NCBI GenBank assembly: GCA_021850705.1 | Contig: JAJZKU010000001.1 | Coordinates: 157 to 64,156 of the forward strand | DNA length: 64,000 bases | Direction of reading: 5' to 3' | Origin: Candidatus Micrarchaeota archaeon | GTDB lineage: Archaea; Micrarchaeota; Micrarchaeia; Micrarchaeales; CABMGC01 | Shown here: in pieces, positions 26,441 through 36,729 of the stretch | How the letters are laid out: every line of letters starts with the position of its first letter | Position numbering within the stretch: the first letter of the stretch is position 1 | Made by a program: the position numbers and the translations under genes | The notes under the pieces: generated by a model | Told to the model about the DNA's origin: nothing | Database searches by the model: none | What the model saw: only the letters and a program-made list of their open reading frames with translations

Positions 26441-27139
26441 ATGGCGGACGATATAACCTTCCTTGATATTGCATGCCTTATGAAAATATCAGACGATACG
26501 ACGTTGGAGAGATTCGGATCAGCGATAAACGCTAGCATATTTGATGCTTCTAATATAGCCGGTACGCTCAAACAGAAGGACATGATAGACTTTACTTCTA
26601 TATTCCCAGGACCAAATTCTATAGCAGTGACCGAAAAGGGAAAAGCCGTACTCTCGGAAGCTGAGCAGAGGGCTGCAACGCCGTTCGATAATCTTGACAA
26701 GAGCATTTTATCTCAGATATCCAGCGGGAAGAGCGTTCCAAAAGACATACAGAGTTCGATAAGCCTGAATTCAAGGGATTTGGCAATGCGCCTGTACAAA
26801 CTCAGCAAGCAGAGCTTCCTTACATACGAGTTGAAGAGCGGACAGGTAGAGATACTGCTCACAGAGCAGGGCTTCCTCAAAGCGGCTCCACAGCAGCCAC
26901 AGCCTATGCAACCTACGCAGAACATGCAGCCAAAGCCAAACAGCGTGCAAACCCAGATCCAGACTCCTTCATCTGAACAATCGGCTCAACAACAAGCTGA
27001 GCAACAACCACAACAACCTGCAGCTCCGCAGGAAATCCATTTTCAACCGAAGCCCATGAACAAGAAACTGATTGCAGGTATAATAGTAATATTGGTTATA
27101 ATACTTCTTGCATATCTATTAATGAAGAAGATAATATGA
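26441..27139 (+). CDS. Tail-anchored protein with a Q/P-rich low-complexity linker (hypothetical)
   Basis: Soluble N-terminal ~170 aa, then a PQQPQPMQPTQNMQP...QQQAEQQPQQP linker and a single C-terminal TM; the stop overlaps the acd start by 4 nt. Confidence 0.4.
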   Translation: MADDITFLDIACLMKISDDTTLERFGSAINASIFDASNIAGTLKQKDMIDFTSIFPGPNSIAVTEKGKAVLSEAEQRAATPFDNLDKSILSQISSGKSVPKDIQSSISLNSRDLAMRLYKLSKQSFLTYELKSGQVEILLTEQGFLKAAPQQPQPMQPTQNMQPKPNSVQTQIQTPSSEQSAQQQAEQQPQQPAAPQEIHFQPKPMNKKLIAGIIVILVIILLAYLLMKKII

Positions 27140-27750
27140 CTCTATCTGATTATTTTGAAGGGGAGAAACTTCTGAAGAAGTACGGTATAAACAGCATAAA
27201 GAGCTGGTATGTCGATTCTGCAGAAGAAGCAATATCCAAGGCAAATGGAAATTCTATAGTCATGAAAGTAATAACCGAGAAGGCGCTCCACAAATCAAAG
27301 AGCGGCCTGGTAGTTCTGGACCTTAAGACTGACAAGGAGATAAGGACAGCGTTCAACTCTCTATCTGCAAAAGCCGTTAAGCTCAAGCCATACAAAATAA
27401 TAGTGCAGGAGATGTCAAAAGGCGGAGTTGAAGTGATAATAGGTGGCAAGACAGATCCTCAATTTGGAAAGGTCATACTTCTTGGTTTGGGGGGAATCTA
27501 CGTAGAAGCCTTCAAGGACTTCGCAATACGCGTCTGCCCTATAAACAAAAATGATGCATCAAGCATGATAGACAATCTGAAATCTGAGAACGTGATAACA
27601 TATGGCTCAGAGAACAGAAAGATGCTCGAAGGCCTTCTGTTAAAAGTGTCAGACATGCTGACACATACGGACCTCAAGGAGCTTGACCTTAACCCGGTCA
27701 TACTAAGGAAGGATGACTACGATGTAGTCGATATAAGGATATTGAAATAA
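27136..27750 (+). CDS. acdB: ADP-forming acetyl-CoA synthetase, beta (ATP-grasp) subunit
   Basis: 204 aa ATP-grasp-like protein located directly upstream of the alpha subunit. Confidence 0.7.
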   Translation: MTLSDYFEGEKLLKKYGINSIKSWYVDSAEEAISKANGNSIVMKVITEKALHKSKSGLVVLDLKTDKEIRTAFNSLSAKAVKLKPYKIIVQEMSKGGVEVIIGGKTDPQFGKVILLGLGGIYVEAFKDFAIRVCPINKNDASSMIDNLKSENVITYGSENRKMLEGLLLKVSDMLTHTDLKELDLNPVILRKDDYDVVDIRILK

Positions 27751-27758
27751 GTGTTCAA

Positions 27759-29138
27759 ATGGCAGTCGACCTCAAATATATGCTGAACCCGAAATCAGTG
27801 GCCATAATAGGCGCTTCAAAGAATCCCGAGAAGGTAGGGCATATAATACTCCAGAATTACATAAACTCCGGATATTCGGGAAAACTCTTCGCGGTGAACA
27901 AGGATGCAGAGTCTATTCTAGGAGTCAAAGCATATGTCCATGTCGGCGAGATAAAGGAAAAACTTGACCTTGCAGTAATCGCAATACCTGCTCCTTTCGT
28001 GCCTGCGGTTCTTGAGGAGTGCGGGAAGGCAGGGGTGAAGAGCACAATTGTCGTGACAGCGGGATTCGAGGAGATAGGGCAAAAGGAGCTGCAGGAGCAG
28101 ATAGTCAGCATATCCGAAAAGTACAAGATGCCGATGCTGGGTCCAAACTGCCTCGGAGTGATAGACACAAGGGCAAGGACAGATACGCTCTTCCTGCCAA
28201 CATACAAGCTCAGCAAACCGGGAGTCGGCTACGTCAGCTTCATATCGCAGAGCGGAGCTGTAGGAAGCACCATACTCGATCTAATAGCGGGAGAAGGCTT
28301 CGGCCTTTCAAAATTCATATCATACGGAAATGCAGCATACGTTGACGAATCGGATATACTGGAATATCTGATGAACGATGACGACACAAAAGTAATCATA
28401 ATGTATATAGAAGGGATAAAGAACGGCAAGAAGTTCATAGAGGTCGCAAAGAAGGTGACAAAGAAAAAGCCGGTAGTAGTCCTGAAAGGAGGGAGAACAT
28501 CCGTAGGGCAGCAGGCGACTCTCTCGCATACTGCATCTCTTGCCGGCGATTATCAGGTTTACGAAGGTGTATTCAAGCAGTTCGGCTTCACGATTGCAAA
28601 CGATCTCAATGAGCTTCTGTATTACGCAAAGGTTCTCGTATCAGAACCCGCACCTGCTGGTAACCGAGTCGGAATCATAACAAACGGGGGAGGTGCAGGA
28701 GTAATCACAACAGACGCGGTAGGATTCACAAAGACGCTTAAGCTTGCAGAGCTTGGCAAAAAGAGCCAGGAGATACTCAGAAAGAAAATGCCTCCGCTGG
28801 TAAATATAAGGATACCTTTGGATCTGGCAGGAGATGCAGGAGGGGACAGATACGAAACGGCGGTCTCCGTACTTAAGGACGATGAAAACGTAGACATGAT
28901 AATAGTCATTGCCCTATTCCAGACACCTGGTGCAGATTCAAGTGTCGTCGCAAAACTGGTACACTTCAAGGCAGATATCCCTAAGCCTATGATAGTAATA
29001 AGCATAGGTGCAGAGTACACTCAGGTTCACAATAAGATGATGGAAGAATCGGGACTTCCTGTTTATGATTCTCCTCTCGCAGCAGTCAACTCTCTGGCAG
29101 AACTCTTCAAATACTACTCGTACAAGAACCAGAAGTGA
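27759..29138 (+). CDS. acdA: ADP-forming acetyl-CoA synthetase, alpha subunit (CoA-binding plus ligase-CoA domains)
   Basis: 459 aa with SVAIIGASKNPEKVG CoA-binding N-terminus and GPNCLG, SQSGA motifs. Confidence 0.85.
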   Translation: MAVDLKYMLNPKSVAIIGASKNPEKVGHIILQNYINSGYSGKLFAVNKDAESILGVKAYVHVGEIKEKLDLAVIAIPAPFVPAVLEECGKAGVKSTIVVTAGFEEIGQKELQEQIVSISEKYKMPMLGPNCLGVIDTRARTDTLFLPTYKLSKPGVGYVSFISQSGAVGSTILDLIAGEGFGLSKFISYGNAAYVDESDILEYLMNDDDTKVIIMYIEGIKNGKKFIEVAKKVTKKKPVVVLKGGRTSVGQQATLSHTASLAGDYQVYEGVFKQFGFTIANDLNELLYYAKVLVSEPAPAGNRVGIITNGGGAGVITTDAVGFTKTLKLAELGKKSQEILRKKMPPLVNIRIPLDLAGDAGGDRYETAVSVLKDDENVDMIIVIALFQTPGADSSVVAKLVHFKADIPKPMIVISIGAEYTQVHNKMMEESGLPVYDSPLAAVNSLAELFKYYSYKNQK

Positions 29139-29143
29139 ACGGG

Positions 29144-30337
29144 CTATCCAAGAAGTTCGTCCATGGCCTTTGCAATTACCTTTTCCTTTTTATCTCCCGA
29201 GCTCAGCAGTTCAAAGAGCTCTGCAGGCCCTATGCCGAGATCATAGCCATTCTTCTTCAGCTCAGCCATCAGTATACCTATTCCAAGATCCTTTACAGAC
29301 ACGTTACTTATGTCAGAGAATATCTCCGATCGCTTTTCATCATCAGATACCTCGTCAAAGCCCTTCTTGGATATCTCAATAACAGCATCATTCTTGAATT
29401 TCTTGGCTATTTCCTGCATATCTATTCCAAGCCTCTTGACCGTTTTGCTATTCCCGTTTATCTCTATCCTTATTATGCATCCCTGCCCGTTCTTTGAAAC
29501 CGCATTGCCTATCCTTTCCTCCATTTCCCTTAACAAAGTTCCCTCTTTTACAGAATCAGCGTCGATCTTAAGCGATTCAAAGCTTCTGGAATTTATACGC
29601 ACGAATTCATACTCCTTTGTACGTGTATCATAGACAAAGAAGCCCTTTTTCTCTGTCTCTCCGTCCTTCAGCTGTGTAAGCACAGTACTGCCCGGTATCA
29701 AGAACTGCTTACCGTGGACTGTCGATTCAAACCTGCTGTGTATGTGCCCGTTGACATAAAGGTCAAAGCCCTTGGGCAGTTCCTCCATTCGCAGGAAAGA
29801 GTCGTTAAACGGAAGCAGCTCATATAGGGACTGATGGAACATCAGTATGTTGAAAGCGCCATCGATCCTCTTGTCTGCATATTCCTTCAACGCTTCTCCG
29901 AAGCGTTCTTCTACTACGCCTGCAATTCCTGTAACCGCTACCTGTTCGCCATCCTTCTCGATTACTGCAACCCCCATTCCTATGTCTGCAAGCAGCGATG
30001 TGAGATTCAGCAGGTCAACAGGGTCCTCGGTATCACTCGTCCTCCTCTCATGAGTTCCTGGAATTGCGAGTATTGGTTTGTCCGTGTATATCTTTCCAAG
30101 CCCTTCAAATCCTACTATCCTTGCACCGAATTCCTTTTCACGCAGCTCCTTGAATATGCCTATCGCTTCGGCAATCACATCAGGTTTAGGGAACCGCGTA
30201 TCAAATATGTCGCCAGGTATAATTATGGCATCTGCTCTTTCAGCAGCCATCGTCAAGGCTTCCTTTGCCTGGTTATAAGCATCCTTCCTGAAACGCTCAT
30301 ATCCTATGTGCAGATCAGATACGATCGCTATCTTCAT
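29144..30337 (-). CDS. mre11: Mre11/SbcD-family metallophosphoesterase nuclease
   Basis: Phosphoesterase motifs DLHIG, GDIFD, GTHE, MFHQ and GHIH in order; 397 aa. Confidence 0.75.
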   Translation of the reverse strand: MKIAIVSDLHIGYERFRKDAYNQAKEALTMAAERADAIIIPGDIFDTRFPKPDVIAEAIGIFKELREKEFGARIVGFEGLGKIYTDKPILAIPGTHERRTSDTEDPVDLLNLTSLLADIGMGVAVIEKDGEQVAVTGIAGVVEERFGEALKEYADKRIDGAFNILMFHQSLYELLPFNDSFLRMEELPKGFDLYVNGHIHSRFESTVHGKQFLIPGSTVLTQLKDGETEKKGFFVYDTRTKEYEFVRINSRSFESLKIDADSVKEGTLLREMEERIGNAVSKNGQGCIIRIEINGNSKTVKRLGIDMQEIAKKFKNDAVIEISKKGFDEVSDDEKRSEIFSDISNVSVKDLGIGILMAELKKNGYDLGIGPAELFELLSSGDKKEKVIAKAMDELLG

Positions 30338-31539
30338 ACACTCTCCTCCATGTCTGTGGTAAGTGTCTTCTCTATTGTATCCTTCATGCGCTCTGGGGAG
30401 TAAGCCAGCTTAATCAGCTTCGTATGCCCCCTTATCCCCTTGCCTGATTCATAAGCCGATATCAGCCCCTGCATCTCAAGGTCGAATATGTACTTCCTGT
30501 ACCATCTTGAGCTCTTAGGGCCCTTGTTTAGGCTCTTTGCTATCGCCGAGTATTTGTTGTAAATGTCCCCGCTGAAAAGATAGGTGTCACTGTCGCCGCT
30601 AAGCCTCTTATACTTGCTTCCCTGTATGGAGAGCATAGCTATCGCGTATATTATGAGGCGCTGGTGCTCCGGCAGCGTATTGACAAGCTCGTATACAAGC
30701 TCCTCTTCAGCGGCTTCGGAAGCCCTGTTAACATCATTAATCGTTATGACTCCGTCTCCTCTTTCATCAGCAAGCTCGCCTGCCTTTGAAAGAACCTTCA
30801 ACGCAAGTCTCGCATCGCCACTGTCCTTTGCAGATATTGCGGCAGCAAGATTTATCGCTGCCTGGTCTATAACCCCTTTCTTAAAGCCCTTCTCAGCCCT
30901 CTCCTTCAATATCAGCGAGAGCTCATTCGAGTTGTAAGGGGGAAAGACCAGCTCATTTTCATAAAGGGTTGACAGGCTTCTCGGATCCAAATCCTCCTTG
31001 AAGGATATCTTGTTAGAAACACCGACAATCATTATTCCTCCTGATTTTATGTCGCTGTTCGCCCTTGTGAGCGTGTAGATAAGATCGTCAAGATCCTTGA
31101 CGACATCTATCTCATCAAGTACTACTATCAGTATCTTTGCATCTTCTTCTACCCAATTTATTATCCTCTCATAAATATCCACAAGGCCGTATCCGCGCTT
31201 TGCATATACAGGAAGGTAATCGCTCGTTATCTTGTAAAGTACCCTGTATCTTGAGTTGTATATCCTGCAGTTTATGTATGACACGCGCGCTTTTGTAGGC
31301 AGGTCCTTTATCTTATCCACAACATGCTTGACACACGAGGTCTTTCCAGTACCTGTCTTGCCATAAACGAAGAGGTTCCTTCCTCTTTCTCCCCTGAGAG
31401 ACGGGGTCATGTACTTCACAATGTTCTCAATCTGCTTCTCCCTGAAAGGCAGGTTATCAGGCATGAAATGTGGTGAAAGAACCTCACGGTTAGCGAATAC
31501 TGCCGAATCCTTGAACAGATCAGAGAACGGTTCCTTCAT
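30334..31539 (-). CDS. cdc6: Orc1/Cdc6 replication initiator
   Basis: 401 aa AAA+ protein (GKTGTGKT Walker A, VVLDEID Walker B) with a C-terminal winged helix. Confidence 0.92.
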   Translation of the reverse strand: MKEPFSDLFKDSAVFANREVLSPHFMPDNLPFREKQIENIVKYMTPSLRGERGRNLFVYGKTGTGKTSCVKHVVDKIKDLPTKARVSYINCRIYNSRYRVLYKITSDYLPVYAKRGYGLVDIYERIINWVEEDAKILIVVLDEIDVVKDLDDLIYTLTRANSDIKSGGIMIVGVSNKISFKEDLDPRSLSTLYENELVFPPYNSNELSLILKERAEKGFKKGVIDQAAINLAAAISAKDSGDARLALKVLSKAGELADERGDGVITINDVNRASEAAEEELVYELVNTLPEHQRLIIYAIAMLSIQGSKYKRLSGDSDTYLFSGDIYNKYSAIAKSLNKGPKSSRWYRKYIFDLEMQGLISAYESGKGIRGHTKLIKLAYSPERMKDTIEKTLTTDMEESV

Positions 31540-32354
31540 TTTTCCACCAGCCCTGCCTTCCTGATTATGCCTTCAAATTCATTTCTGATATTATCATCCT
31601 TAAGTACGGGGATAATTCCCGAATCGCTCATCTCCCCGAATATCTTATTAGAAGCTACCCTCCCTACCAGTTCGCATCCAAGCTCCCTTGCAACCTCCTC
31701 CCCTCCATCTCCACTGCCGTCTGACATGGTCTCAACAACTCCAAGAAGCGCCACTCCCAGCCTTTTAGCCATCATCCCGGATCTTATGGTATTTACCGCG
31801 GAGATGTGCCTTGGAGTAGTGACAAGAACAAAGCCGTCAAGGGACAAAAGCTGTATTATTGAGAGCGGAGCGTCACTGGTACCAGGCGGCAGGTCTATTA
31901 TAAGGTAATCCAGAGGTCCCCAGTCCGTATTGTCAAGGAACTCGCGTATCATCTTTGCAACTAGCGGTCCCCTCCATATTATCGGTTTCTTGGCGTCATC
32001 AACGAACATTGCAGTAGATACTACCTTTACCCCATCCTTAACCGCAGGTTTCAGCGGGTATTCATCTGAAAACGTACCCTCTATGCCAAGGAACATAAGT
32101 GCGTTCGGGCAGTCTATATCTGCATCTATGAGCCCTACTTTATATCCCATTCTGCTCAGTGTAAAAGCAGTATTAACCGCTACTGTGGTCTTTCCCACAC
32201 CTCCCTTCGCACTATAAATGCCTATCTTGTGCTTTATGTTCGAAAGTTTCTGGTTTATATTCTTCTTATCCTCTATCACTCTGAGTATGGAAGAGTGCAT
32301 CATGTTTGTTCCAGCTCCAGAAACCTGTTCAGTGTCGGCCATAAATTTCCCCAA
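31536..32354 (-). CDS. Mrp/NBP35-family P-loop ATPase (Fe-S cluster carrier type)
   Basis: SAKGGVGKTT deviant Walker A and IIWRGPLVAKMI...WGPLDYLIIDLPPGTSD signature. Confidence 0.85.
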   Translation of the reverse strand: MGKFMADTEQVSGAGTNMMHSSILRVIEDKKNINQKLSNIKHKIGIYSAKGGVGKTTVAVNTAFTLSRMGYKVGLIDADIDCPNALMFLGIEGTFSDEYPLKPAVKDGVKVVSTAMFVDDAKKPIIWRGPLVAKMIREFLDNTDWGPLDYLIIDLPPGTSDAPLSIIQLLSLDGFVLVTTPRHISAVNTIRSGMMAKRLGVALLGVVETMSDGSGDGGEEVARELGCELVGRVASNKIFGEMSDSGIIPVLKDDNIRNEFEGIIRKAGLVEK

Positions 32355-32576
32355 GAATTAAATCACGAATATATATGAGCATATAATATATAAATTAACT
32401 CAAAACCAACTGAAAACAAGTGCCATAAACATATAGCTGGCGTCCATGCGCCTTTTAAAAACAATTTCTGCGTCTGCCGCAATCAAAAGGTATTTAAGGG
32501 TAAACCCCTATTTATGTTTGCTATTTTATACTAAAATTGCTAATTATATATGCAAAGTGTATATGTGGTGTAATAT

Positions 32577-33275
32577 ATGTACCCAAACGTGCAAGCTTAT
32601 GACCGAGGAGTGATGTTCAATCCAGACGGAAGGCTGTTCCAGGTAGAGTATGCCAAGGAAGCAGTAAGAAAGGGCGCTACCTCAATAGGGATAGTCGGCA
32701 AGGACAGCGTAGTTCTTGTAGCGCATAAGAACATAAACGACCCTCTTGCAGTGGCAAGCACTATTCAGAAGGTATTTCGAATAGACTCCCAGATATGCGC
32801 AACATATAGCGGGATGGTATCAGACGGTCTGCATATAATAGATACTGCAAGATCAAACACGCAGAATCACCGCATGCTTTTCGACGAGATAAAATCGATA
32901 GAATCTCTCTCAAAGAACATATCTGCTTATATGATGCAGGCAACCCAATACGGAGGAATGAGGCCTTATGCGGTCTCCCTTCTCGTAGGCGGGATAGACG
33001 ATTATGGCCCAAGGCTCTTTGAAATAGAGCCTGGAGCTTCATTCCTCGGATACAGGGCAGACGCGATAGGTTCAGGCAAGAAGGTCGCGATGGAGATGCT
33101 GGTCAAGGAGTACGAGGACAACATGGTGCTAGAAAAAGCGCTGGAGCTTGGAGTAAAGGTAATAAAAAAGGTGAGCGAAACGAAGCTCAATGAGGACAAT
33201 CTGGATATAGGATACGTGACTATAAAGGATGGCTTCACCTTGCTCTCAAAGGAAAAAATAAAAGAATATATATGA
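32577..33275 (+). CDS. psmA: Proteasome alpha subunit
   Basis: [24 protein letters not shown]-terminal signature; 232 aa. Confidence 0.93.
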   Translation: MYPNVQAYDRGVMFNPDGRLFQVEYAKEAVRKGATSIGIVGKDSVVLVAHKNINDPLAVASTIQKVFRIDSQICATYSGMVSDGLHIIDTARSNTQNHRMLFDEIKSIESLSKNISAYMMQATQYGGMRPYAVSLLVGGIDDYGPRLFEIEPGASFLGYRADAIGSGKKVAMEMLVKEYEDNMVLEKALELGVKVIKKVSETKLNEDNLDIGYVTIKDGFTLLSKEKIKEYI

Positions 33276-33285
33276 CAGTGACGGC

Positions 33286-33969
33286 ATGTCTAAAACAGTA
33301 ATAGCCAAATACTCCCATTCTGGGGAGAACTTCGAAATCTTTGTCGATTCGGATAAGGCCTACAATTTCATAACGGGCAAACTTACGGATCCGATAGCTG
33401 TGCTTGACTCTGAAGAGATTTTCGCTGATGCCAACAAAGGAGAGAGACAGAGCCAGGATAAGATAAAGAAGATATTCAACACAACGGAACTGCCAAAAGT
33501 AGTAGAATTCATACTTAAGCACGGAAACGTGCCTATAACGACAGAGCAGAGGAACAAGCTTCTTGAAGAAAAGAAGAAACAGATAATAAACATAATAGCA
33601 AGAAACTCTATAGATCCAAGGACAAAGGCTCCGCATCCTCCCCAGAGGATAGAGTCTGCAATGCAGGAAGCCAGAATAAACATAGATCCGTTCAAGGGAG
33701 CAAACGAGCAGGTAGACGACGTAGTCAAGAAATTGTCCATGAAGCTGCCTATAAAGTTTGCAACAATGAAGATAGAAGTTGTAATTCCTGCTGAATATAC
33801 GAACAGGTGCTACGGAACATTGAAGCAGTATGGACTCAAATCAGAGGAATGGCAGTCAAACGGCTCCCTCAAGTGCATACTTGAATTTCCTGCAGGTCTG
33901 CAGGGAGAGTTCTTCGAGAAGATAAATAACGCAACAAAAGGAAATGTCACAACAAAGAATCTTGAATAA
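33286..33969 (+). CDS. SBDS-family ribosome maturation protein
   Basis: 227 aa with [18 protein letters not shown]-domain start; conserved position in the exosome superoperon. Confidence 0.85.
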   Translation: MSKTVIAKYSHSGENFEIFVDSDKAYNFITGKLTDPIAVLDSEEIFADANKGERQSQDKIKKIFNTTELPKVVEFILKHGNVPITTEQRNKLLEEKKKQIINIIARNSIDPRTKAPHPPQRIESAMQEARINIDPFKGANEQVDDVVKKLSMKLPIKFATMKIEVVIPAEYTNRCYGTLKQYGLKSEEWQSNGSLKCILEFPAGLQGEFFEKINNATKGNVTTKNLE

Positions 33970-33978
33970 AGTGAAAAC

Positions 33979-34578
33979 ATGCAAAGAATAGTAATACCAG
34001 GAGAAAAGATCAGCGACACATCAGTCAGAATGCATAATACGCTGATACACAATGGAAAGACTTACTCTACTATAGTCGGACTTTACAGCGAGGAAAAGAG
34101 CACGCTGATACCTCTGGAAGGTCTATGGAATCCTGCATACGGAGACACTGTGGTAGGAGTCATAGAAGAGGACAGGCTGAATACGTATAACGTTAACCTG
34201 AACTCCCCTTACAAAGGACTTCTCATATCGAAGTTCGTGCAGGAGCAATTAAACAAAGGGGACGTTGTAGAAGCTTCAGTAAAGGAGCTCGACAAGACCC
34301 AAACTGTTGTATTGATGCGCCCAAGGAAGCTCTCAGGGGGCAAGATATTCTCAATAACGCCATCAAAGGTACCGAGAGTACTTGGAAAGGGAAACAACAT
34401 GCTAAAGGAGCTGTCAACAAGCACAAAATCCAGTATAATCGTAGGCCACAACGGCGTCGTATGGATAAAGGGAGGCAACATGCAGCTTGCAATGGACGCT
34501 ATACTCAGAATACAGGAAGAGGCTCACACAACAGGCCTCACGGACAGAATAAAAGAGATGTTATCAAAAGGTAATTAG
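33979..34578 (+). CDS. rrp4: Exosome complex RNA-binding protein Rrp4 (S1 + KH)
   Basis: VIPGEKI start, an S1-like core, KH-like GKGNNMLKEL; precedes rrp41/rrp42. Confidence 0.8.
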   Translation: MQRIVIPGEKISDTSVRMHNTLIHNGKTYSTIVGLYSEEKSTLIPLEGLWNPAYGDTVVGVIEEDRLNTYNVNLNSPYKGLLISKFVQEQLNKGDVVEASVKELDKTQTVVLMRPRKLSGGKIFSITPSKVPRVLGKGNNMLKELSTSTKSSIIVGHNGVVWIKGGNMQLAMDAILRIQEEAHTTGLTDRIKEMLSKGN

Positions 34579-34579
34579 A

Positions 34580-35323
34580 ATGTCAGGAGGAGGAGAAAAA
34601 CCAGAATTGATCATAAACGGGAAGAGGCTCGACGGCAGGGGAGCTACGGACCTCCGCAGCTTAAAGATAGAACCAAATGTAATAAAGAACGCGGCAGGTT
34701 CTGCTTATGTCGAATGGGGAAACAACAAGATCATAGCCGCAGTGCATGGTCCAAAGGAGGCGCTTCCAAAGCATACCTCTGATCCTGAAAAGGCCGTGAT
34801 AAAGTGCAGATACATGATGGCTCCGTTCTCTTCATTGGAAGGGCACGGAAGAACAGGTCCCAACCGACGTTCGATAGAGATATCAAAAGTCACAAAGGAG
34901 GTATTCGAAAACGTCGTCATGCTTGAGCTGTTTCCAGGTACGGAAATAGACATATATGTGGAGGTTCTGCAAGGAGACGGAGGAACGCGTGCTGCAGGGA
35001 TAACAGCTGCAGCTGTTGCAATGGCCCTTTCAGGGATACCGATGACAGATGTTCCGTATGGCGTATCGGCAGGCAAGATAGGTGAAACGGTTGTCCTTGA
35101 TCTGAATATGATAGAGGATAACTACTCGGATGCCGACATGCCGGTAGCGGTCAAGCCGCTTACAAACGAGGTTCTCCTGCTTCAGATGGACGGTTCCCTG
35201 ACAAAGGAGCAGTTCAAGGAAGGCATGGAGATGATACTAGAGGCAGGCAAGAAGATACATGAGATACAGGCGGCTGCCATAAAGAAACCTTACCAGGAAA
35301 TAATAGAGAGATACGAGAAATGA
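34580..35323 (+). CDS. rrp41: Exosome complex exonuclease Rrp41 (RNase PH fold)
   Basis: RLDGRGATDLR...AAGSAYVEWGNNKIIAAVHGP signature. Confidence 0.9.
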   Translation: MSGGGEKPELIINGKRLDGRGATDLRSLKIEPNVIKNAAGSAYVEWGNNKIIAAVHGPKEALPKHTSDPEKAVIKCRYMMAPFSSLEGHGRTGPNRRSIEISKVTKEVFENVVMLELFPGTEIDIYVEVLQGDGGTRAAGITAAAVAMALSGIPMTDVPYGVSAGKIGETVVLDLNMIEDNYSDADMPVAVKPLTNEVLLLQMDGSLTKEQFKEGMEMILEAGKKIHEIQAAAIKKPYQEIIERYEK

Positions 35324-35327
35324 TTTT

Positions 35328-36113
35328 ATGTACATACCATCAGCAACAAAGGAGTTCATATCCGATTTGATAGCAAGCAACAAGCGAGAATTCGGAAGGA
35401 CTCTGAACGAATACAGAAATATAAAAATAGAAAAGAATGTGATAGAGCATGCAGAAGGATCTGCACAGGTTACTATTGGCAATACAAAGGTATTGGCAGG
35501 AGTAAAGATAACTGTCGGAGAACCGATGCACGATAAGCCAAACGAGGGCAATCTGATAACATCTGCAGAATTACTGCCAATGGCATCTTCGGATTACGAA
35601 ATGGGTCCGCCATCTCCTGATGCGATAGAGATAGCAAGAGTGATAGACCGCGGCATAAGAGCCGCAGGAATAATAGACACGGCTGCTCTTTTCATAGAGG
35701 AAGGGAAGGTCTGGGATGTCTTTGTTGACATATATGTGCTTAATTACGACGGCAATCTCTTCGATGCAGGCACGATGGCTGCAACAGTTGCGCTATTAAG
35801 CGCAAGAATGCCAAAGCTTGAAGGGGAGAAGGTAATAAGCGAAGGAATAAAAGACAAGCTCAAGACAAATGGTATAATAACCTCATGCACCTTCGCAAAG
35901 GCAGCAGGAAAGGTATTTATAGATCCGGACGCGAATGAAGAGACATTCATGGACGCAAGGATTACCATGGCAACTGACGGAAAGGAGCTGCGGGCGATGC
36001 AGAAAGGGCTCAGAGGAAGCTTCACATTGCAGGAGCTCAACAACGCAGTATCTATGGCATTTGAGAAGTACAATGATCTTAAGGCATTAATGGAAAAAGC
36101 ACTGGGTGAATGA
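35328..36113 (+). CDS. rrp42: Exosome complex subunit Rrp42 (RNase PH fold)
   Basis: 261 aa with EGSAQVTIGNTKVLAGVK pattern; operon position. Confidence 0.88.
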   Translation: MYIPSATKEFISDLIASNKREFGRTLNEYRNIKIEKNVIEHAEGSAQVTIGNTKVLAGVKITVGEPMHDKPNEGNLITSAELLPMASSDYEMGPPSPDAIEIARVIDRGIRAAGIIDTAALFIEEGKVWDVFVDIYVLNYDGNLFDAGTMAATVALLSARMPKLEGEKVISEGIKDKLKTNGIITSCTFAKAAGKVFIDPDANEETFMDARITMATDGKELRAMQKGLRGSFTLQELNNAVSMAFEKYNDLKALMEKALGE

Positions 36114-36366
36114 TATGTCAAACAGCAGTATACGATACGGAGTAGTATTGAGAAAGAGAAAGGCGTCTGTTCAGGCAGACAAGAGCGCAAGGTACGCTTG
36201 CGAGGTCTGCGGAAGGACTGCAGTAAAGAGGCAGGGAAACGCAATATGGAAGTGCAGGCACTGCAACGCAGTATTTGCAGGTGGAGCTTACACTCTCAAG
36301 ACACCTTCCGGAGAGAATGCGATACATATTCTGCAGAGGATAAAATCCGGTGCGATAAATGGTTGA
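36106..36366 (+). CDS. rpl37ae: Ribosomal protein L37Ae (eL43)
   Basis: RYG..LRKR and Zn-ribbon CEVCG...CRHCN. Confidence 0.9.
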   Translation: MNDMSNSSIRYGVVLRKRKASVQADKSARYACEVCGRTAVKRQGNAIWKCRHCNAVFAGGAYTLKTPSGENAIHILQRIKSGAING

Positions 36367-36724
36367 GATAACTTACTCGCCGCTAAAGTCCCTTGTCGTC
36401 CACGACATACTTGAGATAGACAAGGAGAGCATAATGCGCAGCAGGGTTACTCCTGCAGGCACGATGCCTCTTTACTGGTGCGACGGCTTCCTGTACAGTT
36501 TCTCATCGCTTCCGATGTCCGATGAAGTAGTCAAGGATTACCTGAATGGCAGAATACACTGGGCAGAGGTCCAGTTTGCAAGGCTTGACAAGTTTGAGCC
36601 CGTACTCATGCTAAACGAAGAAGAATACAAGGCAGAAATGAAGATAAGGGTCATGGACACAAGCATCTCCCAGCTGCACAAGGAGTTTGTCAAATGGCTG
36701 AAATCGGTGACAAAGAAAAAGTGA
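36359..36724 (+). CDS. Hypothetical protein occupying the superoperon slot between L37Ae and RpoP
   Basis: 121-aa ORF overlapping the L37Ae stop by 8 nt; no motif recognised and it does not look like the Brix protein usually found here. Confidence 0.35.
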   Translation: MVEITYSPLKSLVVHDILEIDKESIMRSRVTPAGTMPLYWCDGFLYSFSSLPMSDEVVKDYLNGRIHWAEVQFARLDKFEPVLMLNEEEYKAEMKIRVMDTSISQLHKEFVKWLKSVTKKK

Positions 36725-36729
36725 TATTT

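Noticed and set aside
26870-27040. A repetitive CAG/CAA/CCA-rich stretch that could be mistaken for a tandem repeat or array
   Set aside because: It is in-frame low-complexity Gln/Pro coding sequence of the tail-anchored protein. It has no unit-repeat or spacer structure and is not CRISPR-like.
32355-32576. Possible replication origin upstream of the Mrp-Orc1/Cdc6 operon
   Set aside because: The region is AT-rich, but I could not find repeated ORB or mini-ORB-like elements or a clear duplex-unwinding element, so it is not called. A 57-codon Cys-rich ORF starting at 32446 overlaps psmA out of frame and looks spurious.
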